DNA of 61,403 nucleotides, filler included, from Actinobacteria bacterium UBA7524 (GTDB lineage Bacteria; Actinomycetota; Coriobacteriia; Anaerosomatales; UBA912), in the NCBI GenBank assembly GCA_002478275.1. It is 3 parts of 3 records of this genome, joined end to end, with 100 filler letters (N's around TTAATTAATTAA, not from the genome) between each part and the next. Parts side by side here need not be neighbours in the genome. Positions count along the whole stretch, not along the records: positions 1 to 18,050 come from DLMY01000052.1; 2 more parts are not named here. One strand, 5' to 3'. The notes beneath the pieces were generated by a model. It searched no databases and was not told the DNA's origin. It saw only the letters and a list, made by a program, of their open reading frames with translations. Position numbers and translations under genes: made by a program. Positions within the stretch are counted from its first letter, which is position 1. Every line of letters begins with the position of its first letter. This document shows, in pieces, positions 1 to 8,287 of the stretch.

Positions 1-28
1 GAGCCTCCGTCAAACCCGGGGCGTTTCA
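1..28. mobile_element. IS3-family-like terminal inverted repeat (element end at contig edge)
   Basis: Reverse complement reads TGAAACGCCCCGGGTTTGACGGAGGCTC, matching the TGAAnCGCCCCGG ends of IS3-family (IS6110/IS51-like) elements. Confidence 0.65.
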
Positions 29-42
29 GTCACCAGGTATTT

Positions 43-66
43 GGGCACCAAATCGGGCACCAAATC
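43..66. repeat. Perfect tandem 12-bp repeat GGGCACCAAATC x2
   Basis: Seen directly at 43-54 and 55-66; a related pair lies at 17975-17998. Confidence 0.9.
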
Positions 67-86
67 CGGGACGCGATCCGGCGTGA

Positions 87-114
87 GTGCCTCTATCAAA
101 CCCGGGGCGCTTCA
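87..114. mobile_element. Second, orphan IS3-like terminal repeat
   Basis: 24/28 identical to 1-28, same orientation, no transposase between the copies. Confidence 0.6.
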
Positions 115-174
115 TGAGAAGAAGAGAGCTATATGGTGCAGTTCAGGCTTGAACCTCGCCGCTGGGCAGCACCA

Positions 175-513
175 CTACCCGATCGTCACGATGGCATCGG
201 CACCGCATGCGGCTGCCACAAGCCCTGGCATCGTGCCTTCGGCGCCAACAACCAGCTTGTCGGTCAGTTCGAAGTGCTTGAGGCAGGTACTGCACGCCGT
301 GATGGTCGCCCCAGCGTCGGCAAGCGAGCGCAGCTCAGGAAGTGCGTCGGAGCCCTCGCAGGCGAGAAGCACGCCCTCGTTGACGAGCATGATCGCTGCC
401 GGCGTCTGCTCCTCACGCGCGAGTGAGACCAGGAAGCTGCGCATGAGGACGGCGCCGAGCTCGGCCTCCGCCTTCCCGAATGTGTTGCTGGTTATGAGGA
501 TGCGCTTTGCCAT
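175..513 (-). CDS. DsrE-fold protein resembling the C-terminal domain of selenium metabolism protein YedF
   Basis: G-x4-ELGAVLMRSF, NEGVLLACEGS and ACSTCL motifs; lacks the N-terminal TusA/SirA domain. Confidence 0.7.
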   Translation of the reverse strand: MAKRILITSNTFGKAEAELGAVLMRSFLVSLAREEQTPAAIMLVNEGVLLACEGSDALPELRSLADAGATITACSTCLKHFELTDKLVVGAEGTMPGLVAAACGADAIVTIG

Positions 514-561
514 CGGATGCTCCTCTCAGACACAGGTCACTGCCCGCACATGATTGCGCCT

Positions 562-576
562 ATCGGCTATGCTTAT
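562..576. promoter_or_regulatory. Candidate operator (minus strand ATAAG-CATAG-CCGAT) in a divergent promoter region
   Basis: Shares the ATAAGCAT core with intergenic sites at 2876-2890 and 15884-15898. Confidence 0.4.
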
Positions 577-641
577 TATCCATATCATCCATGTCTATTC
601 TCGTCCATCTACCGAGGGTGCGAACCCATGGGAGGGCACGC

Positions 642-1793
642 GTGAGCGAGGAATCGGTTCGTGAACTGGTCGAGTGGTTCGGCGAGGCAACGGCGTGGGC
701 ACGCGTGGCCGTCAAAGAGGCGTCAGAGGCAGGAACGCCGATCATCGGCCTGTACTGCGGCTATATCCCCTCCGAGATCATCAGGGCCTCCGGCGCGCTC
801 GCCGTTGGGCTGTGCGGCTCAACGCCAGCTGCTGTTGCCGATGGCGAAGTCACACTGCCCCGCAACTTCTGCCCACTTATCAAGTCGAGCTACGGGCTCG
901 CCATCACCGATACGTGCCCGTACTTCCACTTCGCCGACGCGCTCATCGGTGAGACCACCTGCGACGGCAAGAAGAAGGCGTTCGAGCTGTTCGGCGAGAT
1001 GAAGCCGACCCATGTGATGCAGCTGCCGTACGACGCCGACACCGAGCGTGCGTACGAGCAGTGGCGCGCCGAGATCGATCGAGTCGTCGGGTTCATCGAG
1101 GGCGTCACCGGAACGACCATCACCGCAGAATCGCTCTCTCGCGAGATCCACGACGCCAACGAAGTCCGCGCGCTGCTGGCGGATGTCGCCTCCACATTCG
1201 AGGCGGAGCATCCCCTCCTGTCATGGGAGGAGATGCTGGTCGTCCAGAACGCCGGTGGCTTCCTCACCGACCGGTCGACGTACAAAGAGAAGCTGAGGGA
1301 ACTGGCCGAGGCGCTCAGGGCAACGCCCCTTGTCACGGAGGCCGGGAACGGGCGGCCACGGGTGTTGCTCACGGGGACGCCGATAGCTCCGACGACCAAC
1401 AAGGTCATGCGACTCATCGACGAGGCGGGGGGCCGAGTCGTGTGTCACGACGCCTGCAGCGGCGTGAAGATGTACGACAGACTGGTTGACGAGACCGGCG
1501 ACCCGCTCGAGTCGCTGACGCGCTACACCCTGGGTCTGCCGTGCGCCTGCATGAGCCCAAATCCTGGACGGATCGACCTGCTCGCCAAGTCGGTCGAGCG
1601 CTACCGCATCCAGGGAGTCGTGGAGAACGTGTGGCAGGCATGCCACACGTTCAACGTGGAGTCCGTGGTGGTCGGCCGAGCATGCGAGAACGACCTCAAG
1701 ATCCCGCACCTCAAGCTCGAGACCGACTACGCGGAGTCCGATCTCGACCAGCTCAGGGTTCGAATCGAGGCGTTCGTCGAGATGCTTCGGTAA
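642..1793 (+). CDS. Double-cubane cluster protein (2-hydroxyacyl-CoA dehydratase family)
   Basis: LPRNFCPLIKS, TCPY, GETTCDGKKK, CACM and RIEAFVEM motifs; GTG start after GGAGGG. Confidence 0.85.
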   Translation: MSEESVRELVEWFGEATAWARVAVKEASEAGTPIIGLYCGYIPSEIIRASGALAVGLCGSTPAAVADGEVTLPRNFCPLIKSSYGLAITDTCPYFHFADALIGETTCDGKKKAFELFGEMKPTHVMQLPYDADTERAYEQWRAEIDRVVGFIEGVTGTTITAESLSREIHDANEVRALLADVASTFEAEHPLLSWEEMLVVQNAGGFLTDRSTYKEKLRELAEALRATPLVTEAGNGRPRVLLTGTPIAPTTNKVMRLIDEAGGRVVCHDACSGVKMYDRLVDETGDPLESLTRYTLGLPCACMSPNPGRIDLLAKSVERYRIQGVVENVWQACHTFNVESVVVGRACENDLKIPHLKLETDYAESDLDQLRVRIEAFVEMLR

Positions 1794-2034
1794 GGGCTCG
1801 CCTCAAGCCATACGCGCCGATCGGAACGACAGGCACACCGTCAACACAGACGGCGGCCCCGTGTATCGAACCGGGGTAGCGAGTGCCGGCCAAGGGGTCT
1901 TCATCGAGGCGGTAGACGACGACCTCGATGATCGCGCGCCACTCGGCGCCGGCGCAGACCTCCCGTACGAGCTGCTCGCTTGCGCGGCAGTCAGGGCAGG
2001 TACTGAAGAACTCGATGAGTACTTTGTCTCTCAC
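1753..2034 (-). CDS. Thioredoxin-like protein, SaoT paralog
   Basis: IEFFSTCPDC resembles VEFINTCPHC of 13539-13802; 3' end overlaps the convergent gene. Confidence 0.6.
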   Translation of the reverse strand: MRDKVLIEFFSTCPDCRASEQLVREVCAGAEWRAIIEVVVYRLDEDPLAGTRYPGSIHGAAVCVDGVPVVPIGAYGLRRALTEASRRTPRFEP

Positions 2035-2047
2035 CGGGATGGGCGGG

Positions 2048-2071
2048 AGGGCCCGCCCGAAGGCGGGCCCT
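2048..2071 (-). terminator. Stable hairpin with C(UUCG)G tetraloop after saoD
   Basis: AGGGCCCGCC-TTCG-GGCGGGCCCT, 10-bp perfect stem, no U tail. Confidence 0.55.
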
Positions 2072-2083
2072 GCTCGGCGAATG

Positions 2084-2416
2084 CTAGAGGGTGATGACCT
2101 GGTCGGGGGCGGCGGGGGCGAGCGCTGCGTAGAGATCCGGGAAGCAGCCGATGCTCGCGCCGGGGATCAGCTGGTCTGCGATGTGGCGCTCGTACGCGCA
2201 CTGATCGCACGCCATCAGCAGCATGCCGGTCTTCTCCTGAAGCGCCTGGAGCTTGCGGCCCATCTCGGTACCGTTGAGCAGGAAGAACGTGTTGTCGACG
2301 AAGAAGAACATGCCGACAACCTCCACTCCATGACGGCCCTCCTCCATCTGAGGGATGATCATGGTATCGAGGATCTTCTGGCTGGTGGTCGTGGCGAACA
2401 CGTACGCGATCTTCAT
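2084..2416 (-). CDS. saoD: DsrE-related protein SaoD
   Basis: MKIAYVF...IIPQMEEGRHGVEVVGMFFFVDN, ACDQCA and GCFPDLY family signatures. Confidence 0.8.
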   Translation of the reverse strand: MKIAYVFATTTSQKILDTMIIPQMEEGRHGVEVVGMFFFVDNTFFLLNGTEMGRKLQALQEKTGMLLMACDQCAYERHIADQLIPGASIGCFPDLYAALAPAAPDQVITL

Positions 2417-2814
2417 CTTGTGGCCTCCTGTGACTCGTGCTGACGGGTTGAACCGCGGCGACTGGCCTGCGCCAGCGCCGCCCTCAGGACGGATACCGCG
2501 AGCTCGCAGCGATCCCTCCGGTGGGCCGGGACTTGTTCGAGATCGGAAGCGAGCATCTCGGGCGTGATGGCGAGGGCATCTCCGACCGCAAGACCTGTCG
2601 CCATTTCGGTCAGCCGGCTGGATGCGGCGACCATAGTCACGCAGGTGCTCGAGCGAAAGGCGACGGCGTCGATCGTGTCGCCCGAGACGCGCACGCTCAC
2701 ACGAACGACGACGTTGTCCTTCGTCTCCTCGGCCATCCCGTCACACGGCTCGAGATCGCCGACGTTGCGAGGCGAACGGAAATGGTCGATGAGCGTCGCG
2801 GAATACGGATGCAT
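2413..2814 (-). CDS. IscU/NifU N-terminal-like scaffold protein, atypical
   Basis: YSATLIDHFRSPRNVG, FRSSTC and RDRC motifs; the first conserved CGD motif is absent. Confidence 0.7.
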   Translation of the reverse strand: MHPYSATLIDHFRSPRNVGDLEPCDGMAEETKDNVVVRVSVRVSGDTIDAVAFRSSTCVTMVAASSRLTEMATGLAVGDALAITPEMLASDLEQVPAHRRDRCELAVSVLRAALAQASRRGSTRQHESQEATR

Positions 2815-2853
2815 GGTGCACGGGCCCCTCAGCTCGCGGTCCAGCACCATACT

Positions 2854-2890
2854 ATCGTATTGTCTGATGCTGGTCATCCAGGATGCTTAT
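2854..2890. promoter_or_regulatory. Two candidate 15-bp pseudo-palindromic operator sites
   Basis: Minus strand ATAAG-CATCC-TGGAT (2876-2890) and ATCAG-ACAAT-ACGAT (2854-2868), upstream of the iscU-like gene. Confidence 0.35.
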
Positions 2891-2910
2891 GGCTGAAAGT
2901 GATCTGGGCC

Positions 2911-3186
2911 TCAGCAGTCGCAGCGGGGCTCCTCACCACTGAGCCACTGCCTGATGATCGCGTGAGCACAGCCCACGCCGGGACTGAGCGATATCGCGCC
3001 CTGGGCGCAGTTCTTGGCGCACGCGCCGCATTCCATGCACGCATCGCGGTCAGCAATGCGGGCGCGCCGCTCCTCCATGGCGAAGACGGCGTGCGGGCAG
3101 ACCTGCGTGCAGAGAGCGCAACCGTTGCATTTCTCGACATCAAGCCTCAGCGTGACGACATCCTTGATGTAGCGCGGCGTGGACAT
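2911..3186 (-). CDS. hgcB: Mercury methylation ferredoxin HgcB
   Basis: Two CxxCxxCxxxC motifs including CMECGAC, GVGCA, C-terminal CDC; starts 11 bp after hgcA. Confidence 0.95.
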   Translation of the reverse strand: MSTPRYIKDVVTLRLDVEKCNGCALCTQVCPHAVFAMEERRARIADRDACMECGACAKNCAQGAISLSPGVGCAHAIIRQWLSGEEPRCDC

Positions 3187-3197
3187 CTCGTCCTCCC

Positions 3198-4292
3198 CTA
3201 GCCGGCGATCAGTGATACGACGATCAGGGCAATGCCCGCAGTCAGAGCAGCAAGCTGCAGGGGAATCGCACGACGCATCTCCCAGTCAACGCCCGAGGGA
3301 GACGTAAACGTGGATGAGCCGGTGAAGTTCATCGCGGTGTACGAGGCGATCGCAGTGCCGATGGCGACGAGCCCCCAGTCCCACAGCGGCACGTCACCTG
3401 CCGTCACGACCGCCACCGTGCCGCCCACGACCGCAACGCCAACGAGGGCGCCTTTGAGGGAGAACGCACGACCGGGCACCCACGGCAGCAGCAGCGGCGC
3501 GACTGCCGCGCCGGCAAGCACGCCGAGGATACAGGCGAGTACCGTTAGCCCGAACCTGCCGAGCATTTCAGGCGCAACCTGCGAGAGCACGATCGCAATC
3601 ACGGCTGCGAGACCGAGCAGGACGAGGGACGTCCGGCGCCAGAGAACCGACATCTCCACGCCTACGAGCTTCGCCCGATCGGCGAGCGGGAAACGGACGG
3701 CCCGCATCTCAGGCGTGGCCGTCATCCCTGCATCAAGGAAGATCGGCAGGTCACTCGCCCGCACCGGACCCCAGTTGACCGAGAACCCGCACCGCGAGCG
3801 CACCTCGTGGCCCGCCACGCCAGTTGCTCCGAGCTGCGGCAGCACCAGTCGCGTGTGGCCGACGATCTGGTCGAGGCGCACCTTGCGTACCATGCGGACC
3901 ACCTCGGCGGTGCCGAAGGTGCCCTTGCCCGCCGCACACCAGACGTTGACACCACGGGTATCGAGGACGAGTAACCACGCATCCCGACCGGCGAGTTCGC
4001 GACGTACCACGTCGAACGTGAGCTTGTAGTTGCAGGTGACGAGGACCGGTGAGGTGTCGTCTGGTGAGCCGACCGCATAGAGCGCGGGCCGCACACGATA
4101 GTCGCCACGCCTGATGCCAAGACGCACGCGAACGGCCCCGCGCTTGTCCGATGCGCCAAGTTGGGTGGAGATGCGCTCCACTGGCCCGGCGAGAGTGTCG
4201 ACAGTGCCCGTTACGAACAGTTGCGGGGAGTATGCGTACTCGGGAGGCGCGTCACAGCAGCACGATTGGGGAGGACCGCAACACTCACTCAC
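3198..4292 (-). CDS. hgcA: Mercury methylation corrinoid protein HgcA
   Basis: Cap-helix motif NVWCAAGKG, VTCNYKLTFD, PQLGATGV, GPVRASDLP, C-terminal TM helices, MNFTGSSTFTSPSGV; RBS GAGGAGG before GTG. Confidence 0.97.
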   Translation of the reverse strand: MSECCGPPQSCCCDAPPEYAYSPQLFVTGTVDTLAGPVERISTQLGASDKRGAVRVRLGIRRGDYRVRPALYAVGSPDDTSPVLVTCNYKLTFDVVRRELAGRDAWLLVLDTRGVNVWCAAGKGTFGTAEVVRMVRKVRLDQIVGHTRLVLPQLGATGVAGHEVRSRCGFSVNWGPVRASDLPIFLDAGMTATPEMRAVRFPLADRAKLVGVEMSVLWRRTSLVLLGLAAVIAIVLSQVAPEMLGRFGLTVLACILGVLAGAAVAPLLLPWVPGRAFSLKGALVGVAVVGGTVAVVTAGDVPLWDWGLVAIGTAIASYTAMNFTGSSTFTSPSGVDWEMRRAIPLQLAALTAGIALIVVSLIAG

Positions 4293-4345
4293 CGGACGAG
4301 TCCCTCCTCGTTGTGTGCCGCACCGCGCCAGGCGTGAGCGGCATT

Positions 4346-5554
4346 CTACGACAGCATCTCTACGAACGTGCGAACCCGCATGATCTGCTCTTCGGTGGGG
4401 CGCTCCTTGTGGATGGTGTTCTCAAGAGAGATGATCGGGATGCCAAGCCCCTTGAAGTAGTCGCGCTCGGTCTGCTGTACCACGCTTCCGTACGGGCAGC
4501 CAGTGATCGCCGAGGCGATGACCCCTTTGGCGCCCGTCGCCCTGCAGATCCTCTCAACATGGAACCGGCGATACGTGGCCGATGTCCCGGCGCCCTCGCC
4601 GAGCTCACCACGAGCCTGCGCATCCAGCACGTAGTGCGCAACGGCCTCCAGTGGCGGCATGTCCTCGGAGTACAGCTCGGTCCCGGCGATGACCCAACCC
4701 ACGATGGCTGCGTTGGACTCATCGATCACCCGCAGCGTGTCGGCGCTTCCCGCGCCTCCGCCCGCCAGCACCAGCGGGATGTACGTGCGCGTTGTCGGTA
4801 CGCGAGTCGCCTCCTCGAGTTCTGCGATGAGGAGGTCGAGCACCCGGCCGAACTCCGCCGGATCGCCGTACAGGTGGCTCGTACCCAGCAGCACGTGCAG
4901 CGTGGGCACGCTGCCGAGGACGAACGGGTCGCGCAACCTGAGGTCGAGGACTTGCCGCACCTTACGCGAGATCTCGTTCTTCCGTCGGATCTCCTCGCGC
5001 AGCCGGTCTTCATCGACCGGACTGCCGGTCAGCCAGATCGCGGCTCGCTGCAGCTCGCTCGCAAGGAAGCGCACGACCTCTGGGCGCTTCTCCTCCGCTG
5101 TGAACGCGGTGACGTTCTCAATGCAGAAGGTGTCGTAACCCTCCATCTTGACAAGTTCCATGACGTTGTTGATCGGCTCGCACGTCGCCCCGAAGTACAA
5201 CACGCGCCTGATCTGCGACTCCTTGTTGAGGTGCATGCGACCGATGATCGTCTTCACCATCGAGCAGTACTCGGGCGGAATCTGGAACATGTTCTCGCCG
5301 AGCGACTCGGCCGTGCGGCTATCCTCCCGCCACAAGCCCTCGATACCGACCGGGATCGTGTCGCAGGCGTAGAGCAACGGTGTGTCCCAAGAGTTGCCAC
5401 CCCATACCGCAGACGCACCCTCGGCCACCTGTCGCTCGATGCGCTCGAGCGAGTAGGACACCACGAGGGCCTCGAGCGCGACGCGGGCCTCCGAGACATC
5501 TCGCTGTTCCCCCACGGCGCGGCGATCAGCGGGCGATGACGAGTTCGCGGTCAT
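4346..5554 (-). CDS. 2-hydroxyacyl-CoA dehydratase family Fe-S subunit (reduced Cys set)
   Basis: PEYCSMVK, ATCEP, TGCPY and RVRTFVEML motifs. Confidence 0.75.
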   Translation of the reverse strand: MTANSSSPADRRAVGEQRDVSEARVALEALVVSYSLERIERQVAEGASAVWGGNSWDTPLLYACDTIPVGIEGLWREDSRTAESLGENMFQIPPEYCSMVKTIIGRMHLNKESQIRRVLYFGATCEPINNVMELVKMEGYDTFCIENVTAFTAEEKRPEVVRFLASELQRAAIWLTGSPVDEDRLREEIRRKNEISRKVRQVLDLRLRDPFVLGSVPTLHVLLGTSHLYGDPAEFGRVLDLLIAELEEATRVPTTRTYIPLVLAGGGAGSADTLRVIDESNAAIVGWVIAGTELYSEDMPPLEAVAHYVLDAQARGELGEGAGTSATYRRFHVERICRATGAKGVIASAITGCPYGSVVQQTERDYFKGLGIPIISLENTIHKERPTEEQIMRVRTFVEMLS

Positions 5555-7592
5555 GAGCATCACCTCTCCGGACCTCGAGTACTTCGACGAACGCTTCGAT
5601 CCTCGTCTTCAGCTGACCGTGATCGCTCTCGGAGTAGTCACTGGAGACGTCGAGCACCGGGATCTCAAGATTCTGGAAGTGATCGATGAATCCCTTCTTG
5701 GTGACTCCGTAGCACGAACAGAACTTCAGGTAGACGTACAGGACCCCGTCCACGTCGTACTCGCGCGCGAGTCGGCCGGAGAAGTCAACGCAGTCGTCGA
5801 GTGTCTTCATCCGGCCACAGGGCGCCTGGTCAAGATAGCCGTCGGCGAGCGCCTGGAAGACGTCACCCTCCTCCGAGATCGTGTGCGAGAACGGCCTTAG
5901 CCCCGCGCAGTGGTCCTCGACCACGACCTGCAACCCGATCTCCTCCTCGAGGAGCGTGAGGAGCCGCCGGTCCCCATCCGCCGCGATGCTGCCGGCGACC
6001 ATCACGCGCAGCCGAGTGTTCTCGCTGGAATCGGGAACGTCGCTCAGCTGCCGAAGCACATCCTCATAGACGGAGACCAGTTCCTCGGCGGGGACGTAGT
6101 AGTAGGCGCGCGCCAGGTCGACGAACTCCGTGCCGGACAGCGGCGGGTGCTCCCGCTTGCGCAGCTCGGAAATGGCCTTCAGTAATCGGCGAAGCCGGTT
6201 GTAGAGGCGGATCTGCTCCCTGATCGCTTCGTCAGACACGTCGTGACCGGTGAGCGTGACGAGGTCGTCTCGCAGGGCGAGCATCTCGCCCCGGAAGAAC
6301 GCGCGCGATGCCTCCGAGTTCCTGAGCTTCGGCAGGTTGAAGAGCTTCACCGGCACGAACTGCTCGGCTACCTCACTGGCCCGCTTCATGCTCGCGCATG
6401 TGTGAAAGCTGTAGAGCCTGTCGATCGACGCATGGACCGGATCGCCGGCGGCGAACCCGCCGACGAAGCACTTGCTGAAGTCGCAGAACACGCTCTGCGT
6501 GTGCCGCTCACCCGCTGCCACCATCTCAGCCCCCCCGGCCTTAAAGAGCCTAAGGTGCTTTACGCCGGCCGCGTTGAGCAGCTCCACCGGGGTGTATGCG
6601 CACACGTAGCCGACCTGGGAATCGTCGCTCTTGTTCTCGATGAACGCCTCCCGCTGCAGTTCGATGAGCTCGGCCACCGACGACAGGTCGACGCCCCGGA
6701 ACTGGTGGATCGTGTCCTCGGCCCCTCGGGAACGCGCCGCATGCTGCGTGGCATAGACGGCCGCCCCGAGCGCGCCCGCGTAGATCATGTCGAACGGAGT
6801 CTCGATGAAGCGCTCTCCGATGAGTTCCTCCAGAACCTGGCGCATCCCCGGGTTGTTCGAGACACCGCCGGTGAACAGCAAGTCGGGCTCTGACTCGACG
6901 CGTCCCAGCAGGTTCCGCACGCGGCGGGCAGCCGAGTGATGAATCCCCGCGGCGATGTTCGCCACAGCCGCAGCATCCTTCTGGCGGGCGCCCTTGGCCC
7001 GGAGCGAGATCATCTCCGACTCGGCAAAGACCACGCACTGGCTGCTGATCTGAGCGGGGTCGGTGGCTCGGAGCGATGCCGCGCCCAGCTCGTCAAGGTC
7101 GAGGCCGAGCTGCACTGCGGCCTTCTCGAGGAACTGCCCCGTTCCGGCGGCGCATTTGTCGTTCATCACGAAATCGACGACCTTGCCGGTGGCCGTGTCC
7201 ACCCGTATCGCCTTCGAGTCCTGCCCGCCTATGTCGATGATCGTCCTGGTCGACGGGTGAAGCGCGTGCGCACCCATGGCATGGCAGGAGATCTCGGTCA
7301 CGACTTCGAAGGGGATGTCCGCGAACGAGAGTGAGATCCGCCCATAGCCGGTGCTCACGATGTAGCCGATGTCCTCGCGGCCCAGGCCCGCGAGCCTGAC
7401 GAGCCTGCCGAGAAGCTCGTCAGCGGTCTCCTGCATGTACAGGCCGGTCGGAATGAGGGTCGTGTGAATCGTGTCGCCCGTCAGCAGAACGCCCTTGGAC
7501 GCACGCGATCCGATGTCCAGCCCCACGACCGGCTGGCGCCAGGCAAACCGCCAGGGCGCACCCCCCGTGAGCTCCTGTAGTGAGTAGTCCAC
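5526..7592 (-). CDS. Fusion of an ATP-dependent activator (BcrAD/BadFG ASKHA domain) and a dehydratase/double-cubane-like domain
   Basis: GLDIGS, TGYGR, DIGGQDSK, MNDKCAAGTG and SQCVVFAESE, then CAYTPVEL, EDHCAG and KTRIEAFVE. Confidence 0.88.
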   Translation of the reverse strand: MDYSLQELTGGAPWRFAWRQPVVGLDIGSRASKGVLLTGDTIHTTLIPTGLYMQETADELLGRLVRLAGLGREDIGYIVSTGYGRISLSFADIPFEVVTEISCHAMGAHALHPSTRTIIDIGGQDSKAIRVDTATGKVVDFVMNDKCAAGTGQFLEKAAVQLGLDLDELGAASLRATDPAQISSQCVVFAESEMISLRAKGARQKDAAAVANIAAGIHHSAARRVRNLLGRVESEPDLLFTGGVSNNPGMRQVLEELIGERFIETPFDMIYAGALGAAVYATQHAARSRGAEDTIHQFRGVDLSSVAELIELQREAFIENKSDDSQVGYVCAYTPVELLNAAGVKHLRLFKAGGAEMVAAGERHTQSVFCDFSKCFVGGFAAGDPVHASIDRLYSFHTCASMKRASEVAEQFVPVKLFNLPKLRNSEASRAFFRGEMLALRDDLVTLTGHDVSDEAIREQIRLYNRLRRLLKAISELRKREHPPLSGTEFVDLARAYYYVPAEELVSVYEDVLRQLSDVPDSSENTRLRVMVAGSIAADGDRRLLTLLEEEIGLQVVVEDHCAGLRPFSHTISEEGDVFQALADGYLDQAPCGRMKTLDDCVDFSGRLAREYDVDGVLYVYLKFCSCYGVTKKGFIDHFQNLEIPVLDVSSDYSESDHGQLKTRIEAFVEVLEVRRGDAHDRELVIAR

Positions 7593-7642
7593 ACGCCTCC
7601 CTTGCGGTAGTCCCTGCTGATGCGGAGTGCACCTTCACCCGT

Positions 7643-8287
7643 CTACTCGAGGCCGAAGAGCCACCGAGCCACCACGAGCGCCTCGGTGACCTCGAGAATG
7701 AACAGGTCGGATGTGTCCGTGCCCGACTCGGCAACCCAATCCTCGTAGTGCTTCTTCGTACAGAAGAAGTTCATGACGTTTCAACAACTCCCCGCCCAGT
7801 TGTCATCCTTGTTGAGATCCGCGTGCACGGCGTGCGCCGTTGCCGGCACGGCGGAGGTGACTGCCCCGTCTGTGACCTCGACTCTGATCGGCTCCCCGCA
7901 TCTCGAGCACTTCGAGGTCAGGACGATATCCTGCCCGAGTGTGAACGCGCTCCCGAGCCCGTCGATCGCGCACATCGGATGGAACGAGCGACCATCAGCC
8001 AGGGTCACGGTGTGTGTCGTGGGCAGTCCGGAGACCGGATACGCGAAGTTCACTTCGCCGCCGGCTCCACGAACGAGGAAGTGCTCTTCGTCCAGCCCAC
8101 GTTCGGCAGCAGCAAAGCGCTCGTCATCGAGAGCCACCACGCCGCGCATGTCGGAGGGCGTCACCGGACCTCCGGCGTTGATGATGCCCTCCATCACGGC
8201 GTGCCGCAGGACCCGCTCATCCTCCGTGAGCCGGGAACAGATGCTCGCGATGCGCAAGCGCTCCTCGGGATACTCCTTGAACCTCAT
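7643..8287 (-). CDS. saoL: MerB-like organometallic lyase SaoL, selenoprotein (Sec at UGA 7781-7783)
   Basis: AYPVSG, MCAIDGLG, SKCSRCGEPI; the frame continues past UGA as WAGSC-U-NVMNFFCTKKHYEDW...LFGLE to TAG; ATG overlaps the saoA stop. Confidence 0.88.
7751..7769 (-). promoter_or_regulatory. Bacterial SECIS-like hairpin of saoL
   Basis: CTTCTTC-TGTAC-GAAGAAG at +12 to +30 after the UGA, with G in the second loop position. Confidence 0.7.

Noticed and set aside
43..114. Short direct repeats as a possible CRISPR array
   Set aside because: Only two copies of each unit, no spacer series and no cas genes
41..553. 170-aa ORF starting MGTKSGTKSGTRSG
   Set aside because: The peptide repeat is a by-product of the 12-bp DNA repeat, and the ORF is antisense to the YedF-like gene
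3198..4292. Alternative call as corrinoid iron-sulfur protein subunit (AcsC/CdhE)
   Set aside because: Has the NVWCAAGKG cap helix, a C-terminal TM domain and an adjacent hgcB, and no N-terminal Fe-S domain
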